A program made the position numbers and the translations under genes. The notes beneath the pieces were generated by a model, which searched no databases, was not told the DNA's origin, and was given only the letters and a program-made list of their open reading frames with translations. A stretch of DNA of 64,000 nucleotides, from contig OZ024747.1 in assembly GCA_964016885.1 (NCBI GenBank), forward strand, positions 38,812,001 to 38,876,000, in the 5' to 3' direction. The stretch's first letter is position 1, and every line of letters begins with the position of its first letter. Shown one piece after another: positions 12,925-24,553 of the stretch. The DNA comes from Eledone cirrhosa. Taxonomy: Eukaryota.

Positions 12925-13259
12925 CAGTAAAAATTAGCGACAATCAAATTTCAGCCCATGGAATAACGAGAAACACTTTCGAATTTTGAGGCAAGCGCTC
13001 AATAATTCAAATGAATTAGAGCTTATAACTTACGTTAAAGGCCAAACACACTGAGATGGTGGTTAAACTAACCATCCAAACAGCGAAGATTCGATCTCCT
13101 ATTTCGGGTCAAACAGATATACAGATATAAAATATATGAAGATATACATGTTTGATACTCACCCGGACCCCTGGAATGATGGTAATGTCCAGTGTCATTT
13201 ACTGTTCACTTACATAAAGGATGTTAAGTTCCTCGTATTCTGACTGAACTAGGAGTACG
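12925..13259. mobile_element. Unclassified repeat in (TA)n, divergent relative of 52697-53889
   Basis: Shares tttc.gccca.g.aataacga, agagct.ataact, cgggtca.aca and acccggaccc..t.gaatgatggtaa..tccag with 52697-53204. Confidence 0.6.
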
Positions 13260-13276
13260 CATATATATATATATAT

Positions 13277-13515
13277 CTAAGGCGGGTAAAATTCCCGAGA
13301 TCCATGGACGAGTTCTCTCCAGCGGTCTCTGTCCCTCATTATCGCTGCCATATCCTGCATCTCCACCAGACCAGTGTCTGTACTTAGGGCATCAACATAT
13401 GTTAACCTTGGTCTTCCTCTTCTAGTGTGTCCATGTAGGGGCTCCCAAAGGAGCACTGAGTGCAATGTCAACTCTGGATGTCAGTGAGCATGTCCAGCCA
13501 ACCTCAGTCTCCTCT
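13277..13515 (-). pseudogene. 3'-terminal fragment of an RTE-clade LINE
   Basis: LLWEPLHGHTRRGRPRLTYVDAL..DRDRWRELV is the RRGRP C-terminal motif of RTE-group ORFs; TA tracts lie on both sides. Confidence 0.75.
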
Positions 13516-13556
13516 GTGTCACTTTTAGCTGACTTTTGGGATATATATATATATAT

Positions 13557-14027
13557 AGAAATTACATGAGTCGAAGTTCTGTTCAAATCATTTATTCGCT
13601 TATAATTGTTTCTTCCAATGATTCCATTATAATATTTAAGCATGGCAGTTTAATCTTTGAATATAAACTGCCATGCTTAAATATTATAATGGATGTCAAC
13701 CCACTGTGCTTCAATATATACATATGTTTCTGTATGTCTCCTGTGTTGAAAAGGAGGTCAAGTATGTAGACAATCATTGAAAAATTGCTCCGAAGACTAC
13801 AAACCTCGGTTTGGAAGAAACAATTGTAAGCGAATAAATGATTTGAACAGATTCACGTAATTTCTATATAACTTCTCTGTAGAACAACTGATGTTATTAC
13901 ATTGAGCTATTTATCTTACTGCTAATAAGGTAGTAATAAATTACTGTCTTTCACTGTTTAGGGTTTAAAATATATATAACTATAAAAGGTTTTAGTGTAT
14001 ACATAACCATAAATAGTATCCTTAATA
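13557..14027 (+). mobile_element. Non-coding fold-back PLE-like remnant in (TA)n
   Basis: Nested inverted repeats (13579-13618 vs 13811-13850, and a 30-bp-arm palindrome at ~13623-13693) plus a hammerhead variant. Confidence 0.6.
13785..13833 (+). ncRNA. Minimal hammerhead variant (core CCGAAGA)
   Basis: UUGCU-CCGAAGA-cuaCAAACCucGGUUUGgaa-GAAA-CAAUUG-UA-AGCGA: U4C change in the core, palindromic stem III, GUA triplet. Confidence 0.6.
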
Positions 14028-14489
14028 CTATATATATATATATATATATATATATTACATACCCTATCTTCAAAACAAAGGTGAGGAGATAAATTATAAT
14101 TACACAATGAACCGGAAGAGGGTGAGCCTGGAAATGACAGTATCAATATATGCGATTATGCACGTAGCCTTTGAAGAAAATTATTATTCTATTCTATATA
14201 ATTGTATTTAGTTCTCTGTTACATGCAATTATATTACGCTATGTAAATCTAATATACATTTCGAAACGCCTACTCTAAGACAACGCTGTTGTAATATGTT
14301 CCACTGGAATATATTTACATACTACTGCATAATAGACTTGGATTAAAATCCTTCATTGTTAAGAAATTCTCTAAAATGTACCAGTATGAAAATGAATTAT
14401 GTATTCTTTGTTACACTTGAATAATTGAGAAAATCGATCTATGAAGGTTTTCGAAATATGTCGAAAATTTTTAATCGCCATCCCTAGTA

Positions 14490-14835
14490 TTGTCGTTATT
14501 ATCGTTGTCATTATCATCATCATCATCAACATCATTATCATCATTATCATTTTCATCATTATCATCGTCTTCATTGTCATCATCGTTATGATGATGATGA
14601 TGATGATGACGATTATCATTCTCATCATTATCTTCTTCATCTCCATCATCATCCTCATCATTATCACCATCTTCATCTTCCCCATCTTCATCACCTCCAT
14701 CTTCATCTTCCCCATCCTCATCTTCCCCATCTTTATCTTCCCCATCTTCATCACCCCCATCCTTATAATCACAATGATATTTGCGGGCATCATCATCATT
14801 ATCATCATCCTCATTATAATTATTCATTATCATTG
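14490..14835. repeat. Degenerate (ATC)n trinucleotide tract
   Basis: Directly visible; gives the poly-D/E, poly-I and poly-M ORFs. Confidence 0.9.
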
Positions 14836-15149
14836 TCCTCAATCTTTATTATTTTTGTTTAACTTGCGCATTAAACTAGGCTCATTATTTCCAATTAAAA
14901 CATATTCTTCGATTTCTATTGAAATAGACAGATTAATATACAATGTTATATTTTGTTTGAAACTAATTCAGGTGATTTATTTCATATACAGTTCCCCAAA
15001 AATCTCATAATTACTACTTCGTACCCCATTCCAGTTTATAATACTCTTTCAATAATAAATTAATGGATACTTACAGGGAGAATAATATATTGCTGTTAGT
15101 TAACAAGATTGGGCAATAAAGACTAATATAGTCTATGATGAAGGTACGA

Positions 15150-15330
15150 CTGGTTATTGATTTAAACACAAGGCCAATTGTTTTGATGAAGATGAAAGTC
15201 GATTAATTCGAACCCAGTGCTTTATTTTATCGACCCCCGCAAGTTTGAAAGCAACTGGATTTGAATTCAGAACGTTAAACGACGTAGTTCTATGCCATAA
15301 GTCTGAAGTTCCATCGATACAGTGGTAATA
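15150..15330 (-). mobile_element. Degenerate tRNA-derived SINE
   Basis: cacaaggcc..., ttattttatcgacccc, ggatttgaattcaga. Confidence 0.6.
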
Positions 15331-15791
15331 GCGCCATTCGTAATTTAAAATCACTCGACACTAATCTAGGGTAAGATTAAAATCAACATTAAATGTAAAA
15401 TTAATAAATATATAGTTAACTAAAGTGGTATAAATAGAATGTATTTCTAATGTTTCATCTATCAACTTTGTCAAACATGGAAATCACTTCAAGCAACATT
15501 AAGTCTATTACATTAGTAGCGGGTTTAAGCATTTATTTTGAATCAATATAATATTTGACTTGATATGAAGGAATATATTTCTAGAGAATGTTGAAATCGT
15601 CACTATTACGTCTACATCACTTATTTTAAAGGACGGAATGACAGGCTTAAACTCAGAATGGCAGCAACAAATGTAAATTTTCTAACAAATATAGAGATGT
15701 GTTTCAATTAAAATTTTTTGCAAGCATACTCAATGCACTTCCAATTTCACCAAATTTAGTTCCGTAATCTTTCGTTTCTGTTATTATATAT

Positions 15792-15905
<114 letters not shown>

Positions 15906-16004
15906 CTTTTGATCACAGAGTCATCATGTGAGATGAGCCTATGATAAACAGGCAAGACAACAGAGTAACAGGACTCACAATTTAACCGTGTGTGGGTGTG
16001 TATG

Positions 16005-16037
<33 letters not shown>

Positions 16038-16231
16038 TCAGGTTTGAGGTTCACCACTGTATAGAGCTGGTCTATTCCGTATGGTCAATCGTAATGCAAT
16101 AATATAGAGAGTACTCAACGTAAAGCAGTTCAACCGTCTTTGTTTTTATAGTTGGTAGTGCTATTACGGAGTTAAATATTATAATGAAATGACAGGAGGC
16201 TGGATTTGTGTAAATCCTTGAAAGGTTTATT

Positions 16232-16289
16232 ATACTATGATCATTTCAATGACCGGGTTCCGTATGAATCCGGTGATATCATCAGGTAT
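16232..16289 (-). ncRNA. Minimal type I hammerhead ribozyme
   Basis: Minus strand: AUAC-CUGAUGA-uaucACCGGauucauacggaacCCGGUcauu-GAAA-UGAUCA-UA-GUAU; palindromic AUGAUCAU stem III, AUA triplet. Confidence 0.75.
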
Positions 16290-16665
16290 TCGAAATATGA
16301 TACGTGAATGTAATAGGTAAAATGCATGGGGCTGAAAATCGAGACCCGAGGGCGACCGCTATTCTGTTCCTTCAACCTCAGCCGATCGCCCTGGAGTGAC
16401 GTGGCTAAAGTTTATAGTCAGATAAACGAAAACAGAAAAGGGATGGGAGCATAAGTTAACGTCGATCTCATGACACAAGGTAAAAGAAAGAAAGAAAAGA
16501 AGGAGAGAGAAGAAGAGGGAAGAAAGAAGAATAGAAGCCAGGGTTAATGTCAGCTAAAAGAAGAAAGGCAACTACTACCGGTCAGATATAGGCAAGCAAG
16601 AGGGGGAAGGAAGATAAGTCTGCGGGAGGAAGACAGGAGGAGGGGAGAAGAGAAGGAAGGGAAGA

Positions 16666-17676
16666 GAGAAGCAGAAAAGTAAGGGTTGATGGCTACAAGA
16701 AGGAAGATATCAAGAAAGAGGAAGAAAGGTCGATATTAATGTGAGACCACAGTCAAGCCAGGAGTGACGCGAGAAAATGTTCACAGGGACACGCATCTTA
16801 GCAGAGGCGAATATATTGGGAGTCCGTGTGTTACAGTGTTTAGACTTCTAGGATGAAGTTAAAAAAATTAATAATCAATATTCAATATTAAAGAGGTTAG
16901 AACATTTAAAGTTCAACAGTTTAACATTTAATTATATAATAGTTCCGATTTGTTCTGTAATTTAAAGGTACTATGTGGCGGTTAAAACACCGGCCGCGCC
17001 CCGGGCCCCATGGCGAATTAAGCTACGCCGAGTATTTTCATTTACTGAAAGAAGGGGAAATTTATTTTTCCAAGCACTCCAGGTGAGCTCGTTCGCCAGG
17101 GAGCTGGTCGCGCCGCCATTAAAACCCACCCAACAGTCCAACAGAAAGTTGGAACTTTAAAATTTTGCTTAGAGAAGTAAAAGAGTAATGGTTGATAGCT
17201 ACAAGAAGGAAGATAGAAAGAGAGAGGAAGGAAGGTCGATATTAATGTCACACCACAGTCGGGCCAGGAGTGGCGCGACAAAATTTTCACAGGGACTCGC
17301 ATCTTAGCAGAGGTAAATATATTGGGGGTCAGTGTGTTACAATGTTTAGACTTATAGGATGAAGTTAAAAAATTAATAATCAATATTCCATATTAAAGAG
17401 GTTAGAAAATTTAAAGCTCAACAGTTTCAGGTTGATATATCTAATAGTTCCGATTTGTTCTGTAATTTAAAGGTACTATTTGGCGGTTAAAACACCGGCC
17501 GCGCCCCGGGCCCCATGGCGAACTAAGCCACGCCGAGTATTTTCATTTAGCGAAAGAAGGGGAATTTAATTTTTCCAAGCACTCCAGGTGAGCCCGTTCG
17601 CCGGCAAGCCGGTCGCGCCGCCGCTAAAACCCACCCAGCGGTCCGACAGAAAGTTGGAACTTTAGAATTTTGCTTA
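16666..17676. repeat. Internal ~505-bp diverged tandem duplication carrying GC-rich structured motifs
   Basis: 16666-17170 aligns with 17172-17676. Confidence 0.85.
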
Positions 17677-17869
17677 ACTCTATCGGATGAAGTTGAAAGA
17701 ATTCAGAATAACCTTGTAAAACTAAGGAGTAAGAAGATTGAGAATTGAACAAACAGAAAATTGAAGATTAAACATTCAAATAACTTCTATGAAGTTTTGG
17801 GTTAGGGTTAATTGTATTATGTAGATCTGTAATTTATCCTAGTGGGATGTGGATATGGGATATAGTCGT

Positions 17870-18595
17870 GTAATGTTTAATTTTTGTTCTCAGGAGGAGA
17901 CATTCTAGTGTCGTGTGCTAATGGGTACAGGTCCCAATATGAGGAGTAGAAATACATGGATTCATAGAAGTGGAATACGTGGAAGAGCACATTGGTATAG
18001 CAGAGGTATAAATATATAAACATATCAATATATAGGTATAAACATGTAAATAAACCAACAAGAGTGGTGTTAGAGTAAGATGGAGAAATTAGGACATAGG
18101 AGAATTACAATATAGTTCAGGTTGCAGTATTTATGTTCCCGGTGGGGGGGGGGGGCAATCCTGTGTCGTGTGCTAAGGGTGCACGCGAGTAAAAGTCCGA
18201 ATAAGGGGAGTAAAAAGTACATGGATGTATAGAGGTAGAGTACGTGGAAAGACATTAATACAGCAAACAAAGATGTGAAGATATAGATAAACAAACAATA
18301 GTCGTTGTGTAGTAAATGTAGAGTTCAAGACACAGGAGAAATACAATATAGTTTAGGTTGCGGTATTTATGTTCCCAGGGGGAGATATTCCAGTGACGTG
18401 TGCTAAGGGTACACGCGAGTAAAAGTCCGAATAAGGGAAGTAGAAAGTACATGGATGTATAGAGGTAGAATACGTGGAGGAGCATTAATACAGCAAATAA
18501 AGATGTAAAGATATAAATAAACAAACAAGAGTCGTTGTCTATTAAATGGAGAGTTCAAGACACAGGAGAAATAAAATACAGTTCAAGTTGCAGTC
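17870..18595. repeat. Internal ~230-bp diverged tandem repeat (~3 copies)
   Basis: Recurrent tgtcgtgtgctaagggt.cac and acaaacaa.agtcgttg blocks (e.g. 18291 and 18521). Confidence 0.8.
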
Positions 18596-19084
18596 AGATT
18601 ATGCATATAGATGTGGAAACAGTGTGTGTTCGAGTCTGGGAGTTCAGTGTGAGTTATACATGCCCAGAAGTATAGGGTAGCCATTTAGTTAATAGAGTGC
18701 AGTACAATACATGTTATGGCCTAGTCCGTGGAGTTTCGTCGAAGTTCGGATATTCTGTGAGGGGAGTAGCAATGGGCCAGGCGAAAACACCGGGTAGCCA
18801 AAGTTTGAATTGTGGTTAGATATATTCAGTCCCATGCCGCTGTTGATTATTACATTTTGAAGTGCTCAACATTTCAGGAGCGTTATTTATTCAGGTTTGA
18901 GGTTCACCACTGTATAGAGCTGGACTAATCCGTATGGTCAATCGTAATGCAATAATATAGAGAGTACTCAACGTAAAGCAGTTCAACCGTCTTTGTTTTT
19001 GTAGTTGGTGGTCCTATTACGGAGTTAAATATTATAATGAAATGACAGGAGGCTGGATTTGTGTAAATCCTTGAAAGTTTTATT

Positions 19085-19142
19085 ATACTATGATCATTTC
19101 AATGACCGGGTTCCGTATGAATCCGGTGATATCATCAGGTAT
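19085..19142 (-). ncRNA. Minimal type I hammerhead ribozyme (second direct repeat)
   Basis: Same as 16232-16289. Confidence 0.75.
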
Positions 19143-20091
19143 TCTCTCTTTCTATCTTCCTTCTTGTAGCTATCAAACATTACTCTTTTACTTCTCTAAT
19201 CAACATTTTAAAGTTCCAACTTTCTGTCGGACTGTTGGGTGGGTTTTAATGGCGGCGCGACCAGCTCCCTGGCGAACGAGCTCACCTGGAGTGCTTGGAA
19301 AAATAAATTTCCCCTTCTTTCAGTAAATGAAAATACTCGGCGTAGCTTAATTCGCCATGGGGCCCGGGGCGCGGCCGGTGTTTTAACCGCCACATAGTAC
19401 CTTTAAATTACAGAACAAATCGGAACTATTATATAATTAAATGTTAAACTGTTGAACTTTAAATGTTCTAACCTCTTTAATATTGAATATTGATTATTAA
19501 TTTTTTTAACTTCATCCTAGAAGTCTAAACACTGTAACACACGGACTCCCAATATATTCACCTCTGCTAAGATGCGGGTCCCTGTGAACATTTTCTCGCG
19601 CCACTCCTGGCCTGACTGTGGTCTCACATTAATATCGACCTTTCTTCCTCTTTCTTGATATCTTCCTTCTTGTAGCCATCAACCCTTACTTTTCTACTTC
19701 TCTCTTCCCTTCCTTCTCTTCTCCCCTCCTCCTGTCTTCCTCCCGCAGACTTATCTTCCTTCCCCCTCTTGCTTGCCTATATCTGACCGGTAGTAGTTAC
19801 CTTTCTTCTTTTAGCTGACATTAACCCTGGCTTCTCTCCTTCTTTCTTCCTCCTTCTTCTCTCTCCTTTCTTTCTTTCTTTCTTTTACCTTGTGTCATGA
19901 GATCGACGTTAACTTATGCTCCCATCCCTTTCTGTTTTGGTTTATCTGATCGGTAGTAGCATACTATAAACTTTAGGCACGTCACTCCAGGGCGACCGGC
20001 TGAGGTTGAAGGAACAGAATAGCGGTCGCCCTCGGGTCTCGATTTTCAGCCCCATGGATTTTACCTATTACATTCACGTATTAAATTTCGA

Positions 20092-20149
20092 ATACCTGAT
20101 GATATCACCGGATTCATACGGAACCCGGTCATTGAAATGATCATAGTAT
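20092..20149 (+). ncRNA. Minimal type I hammerhead ribozyme (inverted segment)
   Basis: atac-ctgatga-tatcaccggattcatacggaacccggtcatt-gaaa-tgatca-ta-gtat. Confidence 0.75.
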
Positions 20150-20744
20150 AATAAACCTTTCAAGGATTTACACAAATCCAGCCTCCTGTCATTTCATTAT
20201 TATATATACATATATATATATATATATTTATTTTTTTATGCCAATTCTACTATTAACACCATTCAAACATTCCTTTCAAAGGGTTATTACTTTTCATCTT
20301 AACACCATATGAAAAACCAATTTCATTGGTTAGCTCTTCAAGCCTCCAAACAAGGATATGATACTAACATACTACTAATTCTGAATAAAATTATTATTGC
20401 TTTTGAAAACAGCTGGTGATATGCAGGTAAGTAAATATTCTCATTATCTGATATTCTGTAACTAACGTTACATAGATCAATAACGGAATATAGCTACAAT
20501 GTATTATCATCACTAGAAACGATCGTAAAGCAGTAAAGTATATCTCTAATGAGTTGATTTTTTATTTCATCGTTTTAACTTATACCATGACTCTGTTTTC
20601 CTTTTAATGTTTAATTGTTTCCCGGGATTTATCTTAACCTACAACATTTTCAACATATGGATTACATCGAGTTCTTCATGCAGAATATATCACACAACTT
20701 ACTGTGGATACCTCTGTGTATATATATATACGCACACGCACACA

Positions 20745-20825
<81 letters not shown>

Positions 20826-20837
20826 TTAATATAGAAG

Positions 20838-20888
20838 AGATTCTACAGGACTAGAACTGTTTCATTCATTAGAAATCATCAGGAATCT
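20838..20888 (-). ncRNA. Hammerhead ribozyme of the PLE pLTR (inverted copy)
   Basis: Reverse complement of 34223-34273. Confidence 0.8.
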
Positions 20889-21549
20889 GGGTATCAAAAA
20901 ATAAATATGGTATTTATAGGTCTCTACAAGTGGTAGGAGAGGGTGGGGAGTGGGATGGGTGCAGGTCATTGGTTGATAGAAAAGGGAATTCATTAAAAGC
21001 TAATTCTACAAGGCTATAGTTTATTTTTATTTTTATTTATATTTATTTATGTTTTTAGAGTAACAAAGGCAGACAGAATTCTATAAACAGGTTCCGGATG
21101 GCATACCATTCCTTGTCAATAAGTTTCTCTTAAGCTAACATATGTCTATAAAGTCAGTGGGGGGTCAGTCATGGTCGATAGAATTAAAGAAAAGGGAGAT
21201 TCTTTAAAAGCTAAAGTCATTAAGGTTCTACTAAGTGACAAAGGTCTAGAGAATTCTGCAGACAGATTCAAAATACTGAGTGCATATCTTACTATTATCT
21301 TCGAACTTCTCTTAAACTAATCAACTATATGCCAAAAATCAACAGACACATTCACAAAAAAACAAAAAAAAAAAAAAACACATACTCACTCACACACTTA
21401 TGCGCAACCATAAACACACACACAAACACATATACACACATAAAAACACACACACATATATAAAAAATATATAAATATATATAAATATATATTCATGTAC
21501 ACGCACATACATACACACATACATACATACATATATATACAATACATAT

Positions 21550-21610
<61 letters not shown>

Positions 21611-21635
21611 CATACATATATACATATACACAGAT

Positions 21636-21686
<51 letters not shown>

Positions 21687-21805
21687 GATACACACACACA
21701 TACACATACATACACACACACACATACATATATACACAAGTAAATACACTCACACGCATACATACAAACACGAGTATACATATGTATAAATATTTATACA
21801 CACAT

Positions 21806-21890
<85 letters not shown>

Positions 21891-21921
21891 CATATATATA
21901 AACACATACACACAAATATAC

Positions 21922-21957
<36 letters not shown>

Positions 21958-21959
<2 letters not shown>

Positions 21960-22568
21960 TGGCTGCCAACTCGTTTTCGAGTACGGCCACTACTTTATAT
22001 CCATGTAGGAGAACCCCTACCGATGCCCTGAACAAGTGTGACTTTTTAGTCCAGCCAGTGACTTGAAAACTCTGGTACAAACACTACACCTGTGACAATT
22101 ATTGACACATAGTGCTGGGCCCATGGTACCATGTGACGACAAGTGCAGAGAGATCTCCAGATATAAAGCAATGCCTGTGCCGTGAATCTTTTATAGTGAG
22201 CAAAGGCATTGCACAAAGCCAGTCCCACTCTCTTAACCAAGATGATATTTACCAAAAAGAAGAACAAGTCAACATCATTGGATACCATCAGGGTTGCAGG
22301 TGTTATATCAGAGTTTTCCTTCTCCTAGAATTCTGCCTTGACAAAGGCTAAGGGGTCATCTCTCCCGGTGATTTTGGATGGCCATTGACTCTTAAGAGCT
22401 CCTTTGCCCTTTGACAGGTTTTGTTTTTAGTCCTGCAGGATGTCCAAAGTCACCCTCCTCACCAAGAAACCTTGGTGGGGTTGCCAGTTTAGTCGCCAAC
22501 GACCCGCCCATGAGACAGGTTGTACTGGGATACATGTTACCAGTAGCACCAACTGGTGACCTGACACA
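21958..22568 (-). mobile_element. RTE-derived bipartite non-autonomous element nested in the PLE microsatellite UTR
   Basis: Reverse-complement homolog of 10220-10821; absent from the other two UTR copies. Confidence 0.8.
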
Positions 22569-22601
<33 letters not shown>

Positions 22602-22616
22602 TATACACATATACAT

Positions 22617-22690
<74 letters not shown>

Positions 22691-22857
22691 ATATACATAC
22701 ACACATATATATATATAAATATATATATACACATATATATATATCCATACATATACAAACATACACATACATACACAGACCTATACATAAATATACAAAT
22801 ATATATACAGACATATAACGCGCATATACACACACACACATACATATACACATATAT

Positions 22858-22900
<43 letters not shown>

Positions 22901-22915
22901 TACATGTATATACAC

Positions 22916-22952
<37 letters not shown>

Positions 22953-23048
22953 TACACATACACATATACATATATATACACACACGCGCATACACACATA
23001 TATACACCCACACACAAAATATATATACACACTCTCTCTCTCACGCAC

Positions 23049-23079
<31 letters not shown>

Positions 23080-23106
23080 TACATACACATACATATATAT
23101 ATACAC

Positions 23107-23155
<49 letters not shown>

Positions 23156-23308
23156 TACATCTATACACATATACACATATATATATATATACACACACAT
23201 ACACACACATATACACACATATATACATACATACACACATACACAAACACAGACACATACAGATACACATATATATACACACATATATATACACACATAC
23301 ACACACAC

Positions 23309-23395
<87 letters not shown>

Positions 23396-23488
23396 CATAC
23401 ATATATATATATATATACATACATACACACACATACATACACACGTACACATACATACAAATACACATATATACATATATACACACAT

Positions 23489-23529
<41 letters not shown>

Positions 23530-23594
23530 TACACATATATATACATACATATACACACACACACATACACACATATATACATATATACATACAA

Positions 23595-23646
<52 letters not shown>

Positions 23647-23674
23647 CTGCCCACACAACCATATACACATATAT

Positions 23675-23768
<94 letters not shown>

Positions 23769-23786
23769 GCGCACACACATACATAC

Positions 23787-23861
<75 letters not shown>

Positions 23862-23899
23862 TACACACATACATACTTATACACATACATACACACACA

Positions 23900-23969
<70 letters not shown>

Positions 23970-24098
23970 TACATATACACATATATGTACACATATACAC
24001 GCACATACATACACACATACACATACATATACATAAACATACATACATACATACATACATACATACAAACACATATATACACATATATACATATATAC

Positions 24099-24189
<91 letters not shown>

Positions 24190-24553
24190 CATATACACAA
24201 ACATATACATACATATACATACATAAATATACACACATAAAACACATATACACACAAACATATATATATACACATATATATATATATATATATTTCTTTT
24301 ATTTGCCACTAGGGCATCAAAAGTGGGACAAGTATAAAGGGGGGAGTTTACACAAAAAGGCGTCCTCAATAAGGAGGAGGCAATAACAAAATATAAAAAT
24401 AAAATAAGATATAACAAAAAATAAATTTTTAACAAAATCCTCAATAGAGAGGAGGCGCCTTGGGGGGTCGCACACACCCCCGAAAAAGGTGTGCAACCCT
24501 TCTCCTCAGGAGCACAGAGAAGGGGTGCTCCCTTGGTCTTTCATCTTCCTCAC

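Larger units (their letters stand above)
16036..20200 (-). mobile_element. Non-autonomous PLE-like element: 2853-bp unit bounded by ~255-bp HHR-containing direct repeats, plus a 1.05-kb 5' inversion
   Basis: 16036-16291 matches 18889-19144 (direct). 19143-20200 is the reverse complement of ~16181-17225. (TA)n lies at both ends and there is no credible ORF. Confidence 0.85.

Noticed and set aside
14371-15010. Acidic D/E-rich or hydrophobic I-rich ORFs
   Set aside because: Degenerate (ATC)n microsatellite open in several frames.
21390-24477. Very long ORFs (up to ~590 aa here and at 32161-33316 and 36632-38591) of YI/CV/HT repeats
   Set aside because: Translations of stop-free dinucleotide microsatellites in several frames on both strands; not proteins.
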